Assembly: GCA_964412625.1 (NCBI GenBank)
Contig: CAYPPO010000002.1
Span: forward strand, 9,497-73,496
Length of the DNA: 64,000 bases
Source: an uncultured Candidatus Poseidoniales archaeon
GTDB taxonomy: Archaea; Thermoplasmatota; Poseidoniia; Poseidoniales; Poseidoniaceae
Direction of reading: 5' to 3'
The notes beneath the pieces are model-generated. The model was not told where the DNA came from and made no database searches. It worked only from the letters and a program-made list of their open reading frames with translations. This document shows positions 10,201 to 20,300 of this stretch, piece after piece (the first letter of the stretch is position 1; every line of letters begins with the position of its first letter). The position numbers and the translations under genes are program-made.

Positions 10201-12166
10201 TCCGGGCTCAGATTCAAGTTCGGGTTCGGATGAGGCTCGGTTCATTGTTCCTGCGAATTTATCCTCACCTGGCGGCACAGATTTCAGAGTCACAATGACC
10301 GGCGATGGTGTCGAATCAGAATTCAGTGAACTTCGTTTTACAGTGGTTGCAGATAATGTTGGATTAGATTCTCCAGTACGCCTAAACCTGCTTTCCGGTG
10401 AAGAAATAATTGACTTTGTTGGTATGGAAGAAAGCGGATTACTATTCACCACTGTAGATGGAGAATTGCATGTGAGAACCGTTACCGAGTCATCAAGTGG
10501 TGCTTGGGCAACATTAGCCGATGTCAAACTGGCCGATTCATGGGCCGGGGAGTTAACCGCAATACTTCGTAATGATGGATTGGTCCATGCTGCTTGGACA
10601 GAGAATGTCTTAGACCAGCAGGGTTACTTCTTGTCCCACATTGCCATGACATCGATTACTAGCGCTGGCGAGACCACTGAGAAGCAAACCTACATGCAAC
10701 CTGTCAAACTATCTGAGGGTAGATACTGGGGGCTTGATATGGCCAAGCGGGGTGATAGAATAGTCTTAGCAGGATATCACAGAGATATAGCGACTGGAGG
10801 TTCATACAATGACATCACCTCGATCTTTGTTTTGATGTCCGATACGCCACTGATTCAGAGTTCATGGAGTTCAAGTTACATTCTGGCAAATATAGATATC
10901 AAACCATCACAAGGAGACTCATTAGCAATCGCCTTAGGTGAAGAAAATATGCATATCTTATATCAAGAGCTTAGAGATGATGTAACAGGTATCGAACGTG
11001 TTGGGTTAATGTATGCTCACGGTAAAGAATGGGTTCCATCTTGGTCATTCCAGTACTCTGTTGGTGATTACGCTTCCAATGCGCAACTGGAAGTATACCA
11101 GAAGAGTGACCGCGATGTACTTGTCGCAACATGGGTTGAAGGCTTCGGTGGCGAGTCAAAAATCGCTCATGTGATCACAGACAATTCTTGGTCTGCCGAT
11201 GAGCCAGATTACATCTTGGCTGCGGGCGTGACGAATCTAGCCATGTCATCATATGGCGATAAAATCTCATTGGTTTACGATGAAATCAATGTTTATGGGC
11301 CGATGACTCGTTATGGTTTGATCGATGTCGAAAACAATGAATTTGCTTTATCTAACATGGTTGCCGAAGGTTTCACTACAGGATATGCAACCACCAAAGA
11401 AGAGGGAATAATACTCGTCTCATCAAGCAGTGGAACGCTGTCTTTCAAAACGATAGTATCACTGGAAGCTGAGAAAATAAACACTGGTGAGAAATCGTTC
11501 TTAGACACGCTATTAGAGCCATTACCAGGAGACGATACCACTAAGGCGATAATGCTGATTTTCGTTGCGTTAATCATCTCCGTGATATTTTTGTATCTAA
11601 TTGTCTCGCTACGCCGAACCAATAAGGAAGTTGAAGAGCAAATCTTGTCAGCGTCCTTAGCAACATCAAGTGATGATGATATCGAAATTATGGTAGATAT
11701 TGAGAGCGATGATGAACCAATAATGGCGATCAATATGGACGCTGAGGAATTGATAGTTCAATCCGCAGTTACCCTAAAAGCTGAGATAGTAGATGAAGAA
11801 GAAGAAGAATCCCTCGAACAGTCTTTAGCAGCTAAAGTTGAATCTGGAGAAGGTAATTCTCGACTTCAGCGAAGGATGAAACGCAAGCAACAACGCGATT
11901 TAGTTGAGGTTACTGAAAAACTCATCAATAATATCCCGCAACCAAGCAAACCACCTCACTCCTCTGCCGATGCAGTACTGCCGATGCCCGGGCTGCCGGA
12001 GTTGCCACCACCAACTGATGCGATACTCCCGGGTATGCCGCTGCCGAATATTCCAGTGCCTCAAAAAGAAGCAAATTGTACTGAATGTTCAGCAAAGTTC
12101 ACTATCAAGGATTTACGTTTGACGAAAGTCAACTGTCCAATTTGTAGTGCCGTGGTTGAATTGTAG
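7229..12166 (+). CDS. Subtilisin-like serine protease (peptidase S8) with large extracellular C-terminal extension, single TM anchor and cytoplasmic zinc-ribbon tail
   Basis: The catalytic triad motifs are VIAVLDTGVD (Asp), GHGTHVAGS (His) and GTSMATPIASG (Ser). It has an N-terminal signal peptide with an ASC lipobox-like site. A hydrophobic helix (IMLIFVALIISVIFLYLIV) sits near the C-terminus. It is followed by an acidic tail, a Pro-rich LPELPPP segment and CTEC...CPIC. Confidence 0.85.
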   Translation: MSSVMGLRRSAIFIVLIFLVASCSSAASSVTAESENTSQNSYPITHGEPILIDGLPPLMCGEELCDRPLRLNLRGDMPASEKEGWWLAYGPDLDWNGMDDRLQRVIAGFDSISPTAIVGDDGRDTVAIVVDYAWHPTETEVEQLQAVLDQHGWIGIDSGAWFNQPESIDSIVVDKVPVSALMDIYHLNGVVVIEMQNVMVPTNDVAGKATRAMPSEVYAETAYERGYSGDGVVIAVLDTGVDNEHRSLNDFDDQDDAPDTNPLSYDDHKWVAGYDATSAAANPDGTQDPDDGQGHGTHVAGSALGTGDSSRVHRGTAPGAYLVDIKVLTDAGGTNSQYSISGIQWMINNADTDWGHNSSSRGIQIGSMSFGSVSSPLNPGDEGDNGTGGEARLINNATENADIVCVIAMGNDGSKRVPSPASADLGFAVSSASDFGTTNRTNDGISSFTNYGPRLDDGDDNEWDELKPDISSYGSNIISATAATGTSFPGAPRPEADSDYDEKDGTSMATPIASGIVALVREAAPSLSAFEVMDVIRNSSEVRDKPANTVSDRWHEKWGFGLIDASCAIDFALNQPCTPLEDTGVVNPPPSGNGSGDFVSISQPSNDTWWLEGNTATISGTTDFPSSEQFDQVQVRIVQFLESGTERELKPWTIAGGEIDNWNLNVNVLEDWVQADEEYVIVSVKLYDTVSQSESNIDFRVINLARMQVTIASPSVGQSVSGMVEFSGTVDGVQHDYMEYKVDNGAWEFATDLPELEVGSQDWSFNWDSTTVTDGSTRLSFRMVNESGVKTDDIRRTIDVDNMPAAPDFVFTGVVEVLDEVGLPVQSAVAGSILTMKFTIENVGDLDADNVFIKLDAPGDNSDVYPSDTTISNLDDGEEAEITLYWWATEVGLHTVTLAIDPTMNYDDPNPEDNSYSFTFEVEERPEEPTLRFMQGAYQTLPLIPIPGEQYTIIVRVDNLGQNDAAGLTLTLYTKLSDGWNDIGQDIITVIPGSDSSSGSDEARFIVPANLSSPGGTDFRVTMTGDGVESEFSELRFTVVADNVGLDSPVRLNLLSGEEIIDFVGMEESGLLFTTVDGELHVRTVTESSSGAWATLADVKLADSWAGELTAILRNDGLVHAAWTENVLDQQGYFLSHIAMTSITSAGETTEKQTYMQPVKLSEGRYWGLDMAKRGDRIVLAGYHRDIATGGSYNDITSIFVLMSDTPLIQSSWSSSYILANIDIKPSQGDSLAIALGEENMHILYQELRDDVTGIERVGLMYAHGKEWVPSWSFQYSVGDYASNAQLEVYQKSDRDVLVATWVEGFGGESKIAHVITDNSWSADEPDYILAAGVTNLAMSSYGDKISLVYDEINVYGPMTRYGLIDVENNEFALSNMVAEGFTTGYATTKEEGIILVSSSSGTLSFKTIVSLEAEKINTGEKSFLDTLLEPLPGDDTTKAIMLIFVALIISVIFLYLIVSLRRTNKEVEEQILSASLATSSDDDIEIMVDIESDDEPIMAINMDAEELIVQSAVTLKAEIVDEEEEESLEQSLAAKVESGEGNSRLQRRMKRKQQRDLVEVTEKLINNIPQPSKPPHSSADAVLPMPGLPELPPPTDAILPGMPLPNIPVPQKEANCTECSAKFTIKDLRLTKVNCPICSAVVEL

Positions 12167-12168
12167 GT

Positions 12169-13995
12169 GTGGCTATGTGCGGAATTTTTGGCTACATGGG
12201 GCAAAAACAAGCTGCTCCAATCCTTCTTGAAGGTCTGCGCCGGCTAGAGGTTCGAGGATATGATTCATCTGGTATCGCGTTAAAAAACGGAGATTTCAGT
12301 ATCTACAAGAAAACTGGCAAGGTAGCAGAACTTCAGTCCATTTTACCAGATAAATTACATGGTAATGTCGGAATCGCCCACACAAGATGGGCAACCCATG
12401 GTGCAGTAACTGACCCAAACGCTCATCCACATCTTTCAGAAAATGGCAAGGTTGTTATCGTTCACAATGGAATTATTGAGAACTCAAGAACTTTGAGAAC
12501 ACTGTTGAAAAAGAAAGGTGTAGTATTCAACAGTGAAACAGACTCTGAGGTCATTACTCATATCTTGGAGTATGAACTTAACAGGGATAATTCACCTGCT
12601 GATGCACTTAGAAGAACTTTGAGCAAACTAGTCGGCACCTGGGGCTTATGTGCGATTTTCTTGGAACACGATGTCATGATGTGTGCGAGAAATGGCTCGC
12701 CACTTATTATCGGACAGGGCGATGGAGAGATTTTTGTTTCCAGTGAACCGCACGCACTTTACCGGCATACTCAACGAGTTGTGTTTATGGATGACGGAGA
12801 CATTGCGACCTTGAGCACAGATGAGATTACCATGAGTAATATCCACGGTGACTCCTTTGACACAGATATTACAGTACTCGAGGAGGAATGGCAAGAAGCG
12901 GAATTAGGGGAATTTGAACACTATATGCTCAAAGAGATTTATGAACAACCAGATTCGTTAAGGCAGTGTATAAATGGCCGACTCGACCGTGCAAGAGGTA
13001 ACGGTAGACTTGGCGGGTTAAATCTAACACCCCTAGAATTATCCAAGCTTCCTCATGTTAGGTTGTTAGGCTGTGGCACAGCATATCATGCTGCCGAACT
13101 TGGAGGTCTACTAATCGAATCATTGGCGAGAATCCCATCAGTCGCTCATATAGCAAGCGAATTTAGAACCAATGAACCAGTGGTTAATCCAAATGCATTA
13201 CATTTTGCAATCTCCCAATCGGGAGAAACAGCAGATACACTATCTGCACTTAAGGAAATACAACTAAAAGGCGGCTCTGTTCACGGAATAGTCAATGTTG
13301 TTGGCTCATCAATAGCCAGGCAATGTGGTAAAGGTGTATACATTCATTCGGGGCCTGAACAAGCCGTTGCATCGACAAAGGCATTCTCAAACATGATTGC
13401 TGCTCTTACAATCTTCGCCATTCAAGTTGCTCGGTCTCGTTCGCTTAGCAAGGAAAAGGGGAAAGAAATCATCAATGAGTTGCAACAGATACCACACCTG
13501 ATAGAGGAATATCTTGCCAATCAAGGACCAATAATGGAAGCGGTTGATCTTGTCAAAGAGGCCAAAAGCGTGCTATTTTTGGGCCGAGGAATATCTGCAC
13601 CAGTTGCAAAAGAGGGTGCTCTAAAGTTAATGGAGGTAGCCTATATTCCCTGCCTTGCTTATCCAGCAGGTGAAATGAAGCATGGCCCAATTGCGTTACT
13701 GGAGGAGGGTAGCCCAGTAATTTTCATTGTCCCAAATGATCATGTAAAAGAAAAGTCAATTTCGGCAATCCACGAATGCCGCGCAAGAGGTGCGAAAATC
13801 ATCTTAATCCATGAACAGGGTGATGACATAAGTGAGGAAGGAGATATCAACATACCAATTCCCAAAGTGAATAATTATCTTTCCCCAATGTTGACTGTTC
13901 TGCCACTACAGTTGATTTCCTATCATGCTGCGCTAGCGCTTGGCTGTGATGTAGATCGGCCAAGAAATTTGGCAAAATCCGTCACTGTTGAATAA
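12169..13995 (+). CDS. glmS: Glutamine--fructose-6-phosphate aminotransferase (isomerising)
   Basis: It has the N-terminal MCGIFGY (Ntn Cys1) and tandem SIS domains. Its length of 608 aa is typical. Confidence 0.9.
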   Translation: MAMCGIFGYMGQKQAAPILLEGLRRLEVRGYDSSGIALKNGDFSIYKKTGKVAELQSILPDKLHGNVGIAHTRWATHGAVTDPNAHPHLSENGKVVIVHNGIIENSRTLRTLLKKKGVVFNSETDSEVITHILEYELNRDNSPADALRRTLSKLVGTWGLCAIFLEHDVMMCARNGSPLIIGQGDGEIFVSSEPHALYRHTQRVVFMDDGDIATLSTDEITMSNIHGDSFDTDITVLEEEWQEAELGEFEHYMLKEIYEQPDSLRQCINGRLDRARGNGRLGGLNLTPLELSKLPHVRLLGCGTAYHAAELGGLLIESLARIPSVAHIASEFRTNEPVVNPNALHFAISQSGETADTLSALKEIQLKGGSVHGIVNVVGSSIARQCGKGVYIHSGPEQAVASTKAFSNMIAALTIFAIQVARSRSLSKEKGKEIINELQQIPHLIEEYLANQGPIMEAVDLVKEAKSVLFLGRGISAPVAKEGALKLMEVAYIPCLAYPAGEMKHGPIALLEEGSPVIFIVPNDHVKEKSISAIHECRARGAKIILIHEQGDDISEEGDINIPIPKVNNYLSPMLTVLPLQLISYHAALALGCDVDRPRNLAKSVTVE

Positions 13996-13996
13996 A

Positions 13997-14716
13997 TTAC
14001 AGCGTGGTGAATCGTTGTTCTTCAGGCTTCCATCTAAACGGCTTGTAGCCTAGCATATGGTTGGTATGACGCATCTTTATGACGCTCATTTTTCTACTTA
14101 CATCATCGGCAGAACGTTCCATGACCAAGTGTATTACCCCATCTGATAGGTAATCTTCAATGCCATATTCACCGAATTGTTTGTGATCTTCGCCAGTCAT
14201 TTCACAAATAAAGAATGAGGTTAATTCGAGCCTTCGCACGGCCTCGAACAATCGGAATATTTCATCTCGGGGGTTATCCATTTTTGTCAAGGTAAAGAAT
14301 GCTCCCAATGAATCGAATACCAATAATTCAAAACCGATTGATTGGCGATATGACGTAAGTTGCTTGATTAGTTGGCCCATCCAATCTACACGATTACTCA
14401 TTCCTTGCTCGTCCAACTGAACCCGTAAATCAACCAAATCAATGATTGCGATTCGATTTCTTACCCTAGGGTCATCAACATTCATACCCATATTACTCAT
14501 GTGAGCTCTTAGTGAATCTTTACCCTGTTCAAGTGTAATGTAGATTCCACTGGTCTCACCATAAAGCACGGCATTGTATAGCATTGAGAAAGTTAGACTT
14601 GATTTCATTGCCCCTGAAGCACCGGCTACCAAGCAGATGTGACCTTGGGGTATGCCACCTTGCATATTCTCGTCTAATCCTTCAATGTGCGTTGGGATTC
14701 TCTCTAGTCCTGACAT
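13997..14716 (-). CDS. KaiC/RecA-superfamily ATPase domain protein
   Basis: The IPTHIEGLDENMQGGIPQGHICLVAGASGAMKSS segment gives a Walker A region typical of KaiC-like ATPases. The track ORF extends to 14845, but the KaiC-like core begins at the Met at 14716. Confidence 0.6.
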   Translation of the reverse strand: MSGLERIPTHIEGLDENMQGGIPQGHICLVAGASGAMKSSLTFSMLYNAVLYGETSGIYITLEQGKDSLRAHMSNMGMNVDDPRVRNRIAIIDLVDLRVQLDEQGMSNRVDWMGQLIKQLTSYRQSIGFELLVFDSLGAFFTLTKMDNPRDEIFRLFEAVRRLELTSFFICEMTGEDHKQFGEYGIEDYLSDGVIHLVMERSADDVSRKMSVIKMRHTNHMLGYKPFRWKPEEQRFTTL

Positions 14717-14817
14717 TCGGGCACCATTTATCCCAGTGTTATCAATCACTTGAATATGTCTAAAAATTGTGGCAGAAAATCGCAAGGTTGATTGATTGGG
14801 GAAAAAGGAGTACTTTG

Positions 14818-15390
14818 ATGAGAGTTTGGCTCGCCTCCCAATCATCCCGCAGGGCTGAAATGTTAGGCCAAATTTTCCCAGATTTAACTTGTCAGGGGAT
14901 TAATACAGTAGATGAAACCTCATCAGCGTTGGATGTTTCCGGGCAAGTTTTGGAAATCTGCCAGAAAAAGGCGTCGGCAATTACCGACAATGTCGATTAC
15001 GAGTTAGTTGTGGTAAGCGATACTATGCTTCAAGACCCTGATGTTGATTCGCTTGCAATGGGTAAAGCCAGTGATGCAATCGAAGCTGCTGCTATGTTGC
15101 ACCGACTTTCTGGTCGGCGGCATAGAGTCTGGTCTGCAACAGGTATTTTTTACCGCGGTAGTTGGGAGTTTCATTTGAACCAAGCGATAGTTGAGTTTGA
15201 CAATCTCTCAGATGAAGTGTTAGTTGAATTAGTGCTCAATAATTCATGGGTCGGAAAGGCTGGCTCATATGATTTGGCCGGAGCAATGGGCGAATTTGCT
15301 AGACTTGTAGAAGGCGATGAGGCAACAGTTCTCGGTATAGCAAGTGATGCCATGGCACGCTTGGTCGAACTCAGCGATTATGAAACATAG
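14818..15390 (+). CDS. maf: Maf-like nucleoside triphosphate pyrophosphatase
   Basis: The segment MRVWLASQSSRRAEMLGQ matches the Maf N-terminal consensus (LASxSPRR). The track ORF starts at 14767. The Met at 14818 gives the canonical N-terminus. Confidence 0.7.
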   Translation: MRVWLASQSSRRAEMLGQIFPDLTCQGINTVDETSSALDVSGQVLEICQKKASAITDNVDYELVVVSDTMLQDPDVDSLAMGKASDAIEAAAMLHRLSGRRHRVWSATGIFYRGSWEFHLNQAIVEFDNLSDEVLVELVLNNSWVGKAGSYDLAGAMGEFARLVEGDEATVLGIASDAMARLVELSDYET

Positions 15391-16667
15391 CGTTCATAAT
15401 GCATTGGCACTCGATGCCATGTATCTAATGATAAGAATAAATCTCTAAACATCGTAATCAACATATACGCCATCATCGAAAACAGCGCAAAGTTTCGCAT
15501 AAAATAGTACACAAGGTCGGTATTATCACCAAAAACAGTGATTCTAAAACCTATCATGAACAAAGATATCACTCCGATTCCATTGAATATCAACAATTTG
15601 TTGTGTTTTGATCGGTTGTGGATTGATTTGTGTAAATGGTCGTAATGGAGATATAAACCAGAGCCCCATATCGATAACATAACAGTGGAGAAAATAAGTG
15701 TCACATAAGATATATTGATGAATTTACCCTCATCAAAGTCTGGAATAATTGACATAATTCCCACGATTAGAAAATACATTTGACCTTGACCTATCAAAGC
15801 AGAATGAGGCTTACGATTTTTGCCAATCGTACTTTGCAGCATCTTGAGTGGCCTGGTTGAAACGAAGGCCCAAAAGAAAGGCAAAGACTGAGTAATGTTA
15901 GCCAAGTTTTCGGTAATCTGTCCTCGTTCGTACATCATCACAGAAAAGCAATGCACTAATGCTAACACCAGATAGATTGCTACAACAGGTCTAAAGTCAC
16001 TATATTTTACCAAGTCCCATGATAGGCGTCGGTTAAAATGAGCAAGAATCAGTGTTAGGGCTATTGTTCCCATCATTACCACCACGTTGAAGGAAAAACC
16101 GAATTCCAACAGACCTGTCTCCTTTCTAAATATCCAACAAGCTAGAACGATCAAAACAGATACGGGAATCATTAACGCCGGTGCTAGAGCAACATTGCCA
16201 CAATTTTTCTCATTTTCAATGGAGTCCAAGTGTAGCCTCCAACTAGGCCACGCAATAGAAATAAGTCCCCAGGATAGTAACACTAAACCAATAGTTGCCA
16301 TTTCAAACATTAAACTGAGGTTATTAGAAAAAATTCCGCCCATAATTAGTGCTTGACCAATAATATTGATCAATAGATATTGATTTGAGTGGGTTTGAGT
16401 ATACGCTTTGCTGTCGTGAGTGAGTGGAAATAAGTCAAACACAATTCCAACAACCATTGACATTAGCCAACCAAATGAGATTAGCGCAGTTAGAATAAAG
16501 GCGATTTCGAGTCGATAATTATCTTGCCTAAATGAATACTCAGATTCGGTAGCTGATAGCCAGGTAACTGCCAGCATGAATGGAATAATCATAATCATTG
16601 ATGATGCGAAATGAGGAATATATGAGCCACTCAAGCCAGAAAATGGTACTTTAAATCGTCCGGCCAC
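15378..16667 (-). CDS. Polytopic integral membrane protein of unknown function (GTG start)
   Basis: It is 429 aa with at least 10 hydrophobic helices. The start codon is GTG, checked on the sequence. No recognisable catalytic motif is present. Confidence 0.45.
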   Translation of the reverse strand: MAGRFKVPFSGLSGSYIPHFASSMIMIIPFMLAVTWLSATESEYSFRQDNYRLEIAFILTALISFGWLMSMVVGIVFDLFPLTHDSKAYTQTHSNQYLLINIIGQALIMGGIFSNNLSLMFEMATIGLVLLSWGLISIAWPSWRLHLDSIENEKNCGNVALAPALMIPVSVLIVLACWIFRKETGLLEFGFSFNVVVMMGTIALTLILAHFNRRLSWDLVKYSDFRPVVAIYLVLALVHCFSVMMYERGQITENLANITQSLPFFWAFVSTRPLKMLQSTIGKNRKPHSALIGQGQMYFLIVGIMSIIPDFDEGKFINISYVTLIFSTVMLSIWGSGLYLHYDHLHKSIHNRSKHNKLLIFNGIGVISLFMIGFRITVFGDNTDLVYYFMRNFALFSMMAYMLITMFRDLFLSLDTWHRVPMHYERYVS

Positions 16668-16718
16668 ATTAACTCGACTATAATGCCCTTTTTAAGCAAA
16701 TTTCCGACATAGAGCAAA

Positions 16719-17309
16719 TCACATCAAAGGATTGATGCCTAGATTATAGTTGCCAACATCAACTATGACATCAGACCCAGGTATCATTAGTAATTTGTCC
16801 TCTTGGTCTAGAGCAAATACGCCAACTCCAACCTCATCGGTCATCATCTTCAAGTCTCTTCGGCAAGCGTTTTGATGGGAATCCATGTGTACTAAATCTC
16901 TTAAATCAACAATTACAGTGTCACCATTAGCAACTCTTTGAGCAATACCTCTAGTAGGTATGCGCTTCATTTCATCGGGAGAAACATAGCGCAGTGCGCG
17001 TGTTGGGAATGAACGTCTAGCCTGATTTTGCACGCCCATGTCGTGGAATGGTTCACCATCAGCAGTAACCGGGCCTTGCCAGTTGTGTGGTATTGGCACA
17101 GGCACGTGCGCGGATTCAACTTTGGGCAACTCGCTCAGTGGTTCTTGTACAGGTTTGGTTTGTTCGGTGTCCAGTGTAGACTGGGTTAGGGCGGTTTTTG
17201 GTTCACTGTCGGTTTGACTTGCTGCCGGTGTGGTGTCCGCTTGGCCAACTTTTTGTACACCTTCTGGGTCCGGAAGGCCAAAAAATCCCCATAAACTTAC
17301 CATATTCAC
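16719..17309 (-). CDS. sepF: SepF-like cell-division protein (FtsZ membrane anchor)
   Basis: It has an N-terminal amphipathic helix (MVSLWGFFGL), a Pro/Thr/Gln-rich linker and a C-terminal ~90-aa core (GDTVIVDLRDLVHMD...VGVGVFALDQEDKLLMIPGSDVIV) resembling the SepF/DUF552 fold pattern. Confidence 0.5.
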   Translation of the reverse strand: MNMVSLWGFFGLPDPEGVQKVGQADTTPAASQTDSEPKTALTQSTLDTEQTKPVQEPLSELPKVESAHVPVPIPHNWQGPVTADGEPFHDMGVQNQARRSFPTRALRYVSPDEMKRIPTRGIAQRVANGDTVIVDLRDLVHMDSHQNACRRDLKMMTDEVGVGVFALDQEDKLLMIPGSDVIVDVGNYNLGINPLM

Positions 17310-17312
17310 ACA

Positions 17313-20300
17313 TCACAAATCCAAGTCATCTAAAATATCATTCAGAGAATTGCTGGCAGATTGGGTGGTAGTATCTCTAATTATTGGCTGGTTTTGAGCA
17401 ATGTTTGGGGTTTGTGCAGCAATGTATTGTGCGCCATAGTGCTGCCATTGTTCCATGGTCCAACCCTCAGGTAAACCTGTTGCAGGTAGTGGTGGGCCTT
17501 GATTTGTTACAGGAACTGGTTGTGGGTTTACTGAAGGTTGAGCGACAGGTTGGGGTGTTGGACTGAATGTTGAGTATGCGTCAGATTGGGTGGAGACTTG
17601 TGCCTGAGGGTTATAGGCAGCATATGGGTCTACTTGTGGCTGTGGATTGTAGGCTGCATAGGGATCTGGTTGTGTGGAATCTTGTTGATATAACCCAAAT
17701 CCAGCATCAGCGCTAGGTATTGCAATAGGTTCAGTAAACTGACTTGCTGAGGAACTCGGCAAACTAAAGTCAGAATATTTGTTTGATGAATTGCCAGATT
17801 TTCTAGTGAAAAATAAGAACGCGGCCAGTCCAATTACTACTACTGCGAGTATACCAATTACCAAAGTCCCGACACCTCCAAATGCGTTAGTAATCGATTC
17901 TAAGAAGCCATCTGCAGGTTTTGCTTTTACCACAATCTCAATCTCTGTAGTGCTACTTGCGCCATCATCATCTGTGGCAGTCAAAGTGATTAGCCAAGTT
18001 CCAGATGGTAAATCGCTAATTAGCCATTCTGCTCCATAATGATCGATATCTCCAGTTGTTTCTCCATCCAAATCAGAATCTATATGATTGCTATCCCAAG
18101 CGTAAATCAATGAGGTTTTGTCAAATGCAGTATCAGTAGTTGTTATTCCAGATAAAGTGAGATTGTCACCTTCATTCAATGCTAATACATCGGTACTGTT
18201 GGTTATTTTAGCTCTTGGAGCAGAATTAATCACACTGACATTGAGGCTTGTTGAATCACTAGCGCCATCATCGTCAGTAACTGTGGCAGTAATCCATCTT
18301 GTTCCAGTAGTAGGCCACGATGCAGTCATCTCTAGGCCGCTGATGTCACAGTCGTTGTCAGCTACTCCATCTTCATCGGCGTCGCTTAGAGAATCCAAAT
18401 CCCAACAAATTTCCAAATTGTCGATATCAGATGCTGTATCAGTAACATCAGCAGTGAAGGTGATATTATTGTCCTCAAATATCGGTTGAGTGGAACCTGT
18501 AGTTTCAATAGTCGGAGCGACATTGGATATATTGACGATTCCAGTTCTGATCTCTGACTTAACATTGTCATTGTCATAAGCTACAACCGTTAGTGTGTGA
18601 AGTCCCGATGTGGCCCAAGATACAGTAGTTTGGGAAGACGGTCCGACAGTGGTTATAGTCCAGTTCTCGTCCCTATCAGACGGCATCCATTCGATAATTA
18701 GTGAATCTTTATCCAAAGGCGTATCATCTGCTACTGCACGTAAAATTACCGTTTCATCCTCATTCAAGTTCCAGTAACCCAGTGAATCTGTAGACTGATT
18801 TTGACCGGCCTTCCACAGTTCAGGTTGAGCTAAGGCGGGAGCGGCATTCAATACATTTACCGTCTTAGAGATACTTGTTTGTGCGCCATCATCATCTGTA
18901 GCAACTGCGGTAATAACCATTGGCCCTTCCTCTCCTGCGAGGATTCTACAGGTTGTCCCCTCATTGTCACCATCAAAACACACAAGGCCGGGCCACGTGA
19001 TATCGACTGGAGATTGTTCTTCGGGCCTCTTGGTATCATTGTCACTACTGCCAGATGCGTCAGCAGTGAAAAATTGGTTTACCTCGATCGATTCTGGCAC
19101 AACTAGATCAACGATTGGTGCACGATTTAGCACTGTTGCAGTAACGTCGATTACATCAGTATCGAGTTCATCATCAATAACAGTAATCATGACATTCCAT
19201 ATACCGTCATCACTCCAGTTGTAGTTTATTATGCAATTTTCCGCATCGTAATTCTCAACCCCGTCCGGCAGTCGCCAAGTAACAGTGAAACGACAGGTTA
19301 CATCTCCACCGTCCTCATCATAACTCGCCGATGCGTCGATAGTTACATTTTCCCTGGTGAATACTCCATCGGTCACCGTTACCTCGGCAGTTGGCGTTCT
19401 GCCAACAAAAACCTCGACACTTGCTAAGTTGTTGGTTCGGTTGGAATCTTCAGTAACAAGTTCGTCAGGATCTACCTCAATCAATAGATTTTGCAGACCA
19501 ATAGGCTCATTTTGTGGAACGGTCCATTCAACATCAATTCTCGCTTCACCATATGATGGTATTGAAGGAAGTGGTTCACTAATTACTGTGCCAGTTGGGG
19601 TAGTAACCTCTATTGTCGTGGCTGGTGAAGATAATAAGCCCCGATTTTGTGTTGGAATTGAAAATGATAGCAAATCACCTGGTAAGGCATTGTAGCCAAT
19701 GGATTTGGTTAATGTCGCCTCAACGCCATCTCTAGTTCGGGTTACAATTATCGCTTCGGATTGGGCGATTAAGTCTACAGGTGTCAGTGATAGATCGACT
19801 ACTATTGTCGCTGCGCCAATAATCTCTGCTTGAGGATCCCAAACTATTAGTCCATTACTCGAGTAGTCATCGCTTGAATTGGTGGTGTCGACAACGTCTG
19901 ATGAATTGAATATTGCAGTCGCTTGTCCGTTAGTATCAGTTGTCGGGTTAAGTAAAGTCTCGGCTAACTCGTACCTTAATTGCAGGTTGGTATTAGTTTG
20001 CGCTCCAGCGGGCCCACTGTAGTCTATTGAGATTGTCTGTTCTGCGTTTGGTAGGGTGGCAATACCTTGTAAACCGATATCTATTTCCAAGTCTCTAGTG
20101 CCGGGATTAGAGGTTGGATTAACACCGCTTGAATCTACTGGTTCGTATCGCTTGAGCAACCAGTCAATGGTAAATCCAGCGGCGTTGCTTACTCGCATCC
20201 AAGAATTATATCTAATGTCAGGACAATACCAAGTAAACCCTTGAGATACTCCTGTTTGGTTCCATTCATTTATTTTGTATGAATCATCGCAACCGCCGTA

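Noticed and set aside
13997-15390. KaiC-like/Maf divergent pair as a circadian or defence module
   Set aside because: A single-domain KaiC-like ATPase with no KaiB or KaiA partner and a generic Maf is common archaeal housekeeping. There is no evidence of a system.
17412-17475. The possibility that the LPEGW...W tail is a WW domain
   Set aside because: The spacing of the two Trp residues (5 aa apart) and the absence of the conserved Pro and β-strand pattern do not fit the ~35-aa WW fold. I treat it as a novel short motif instead.
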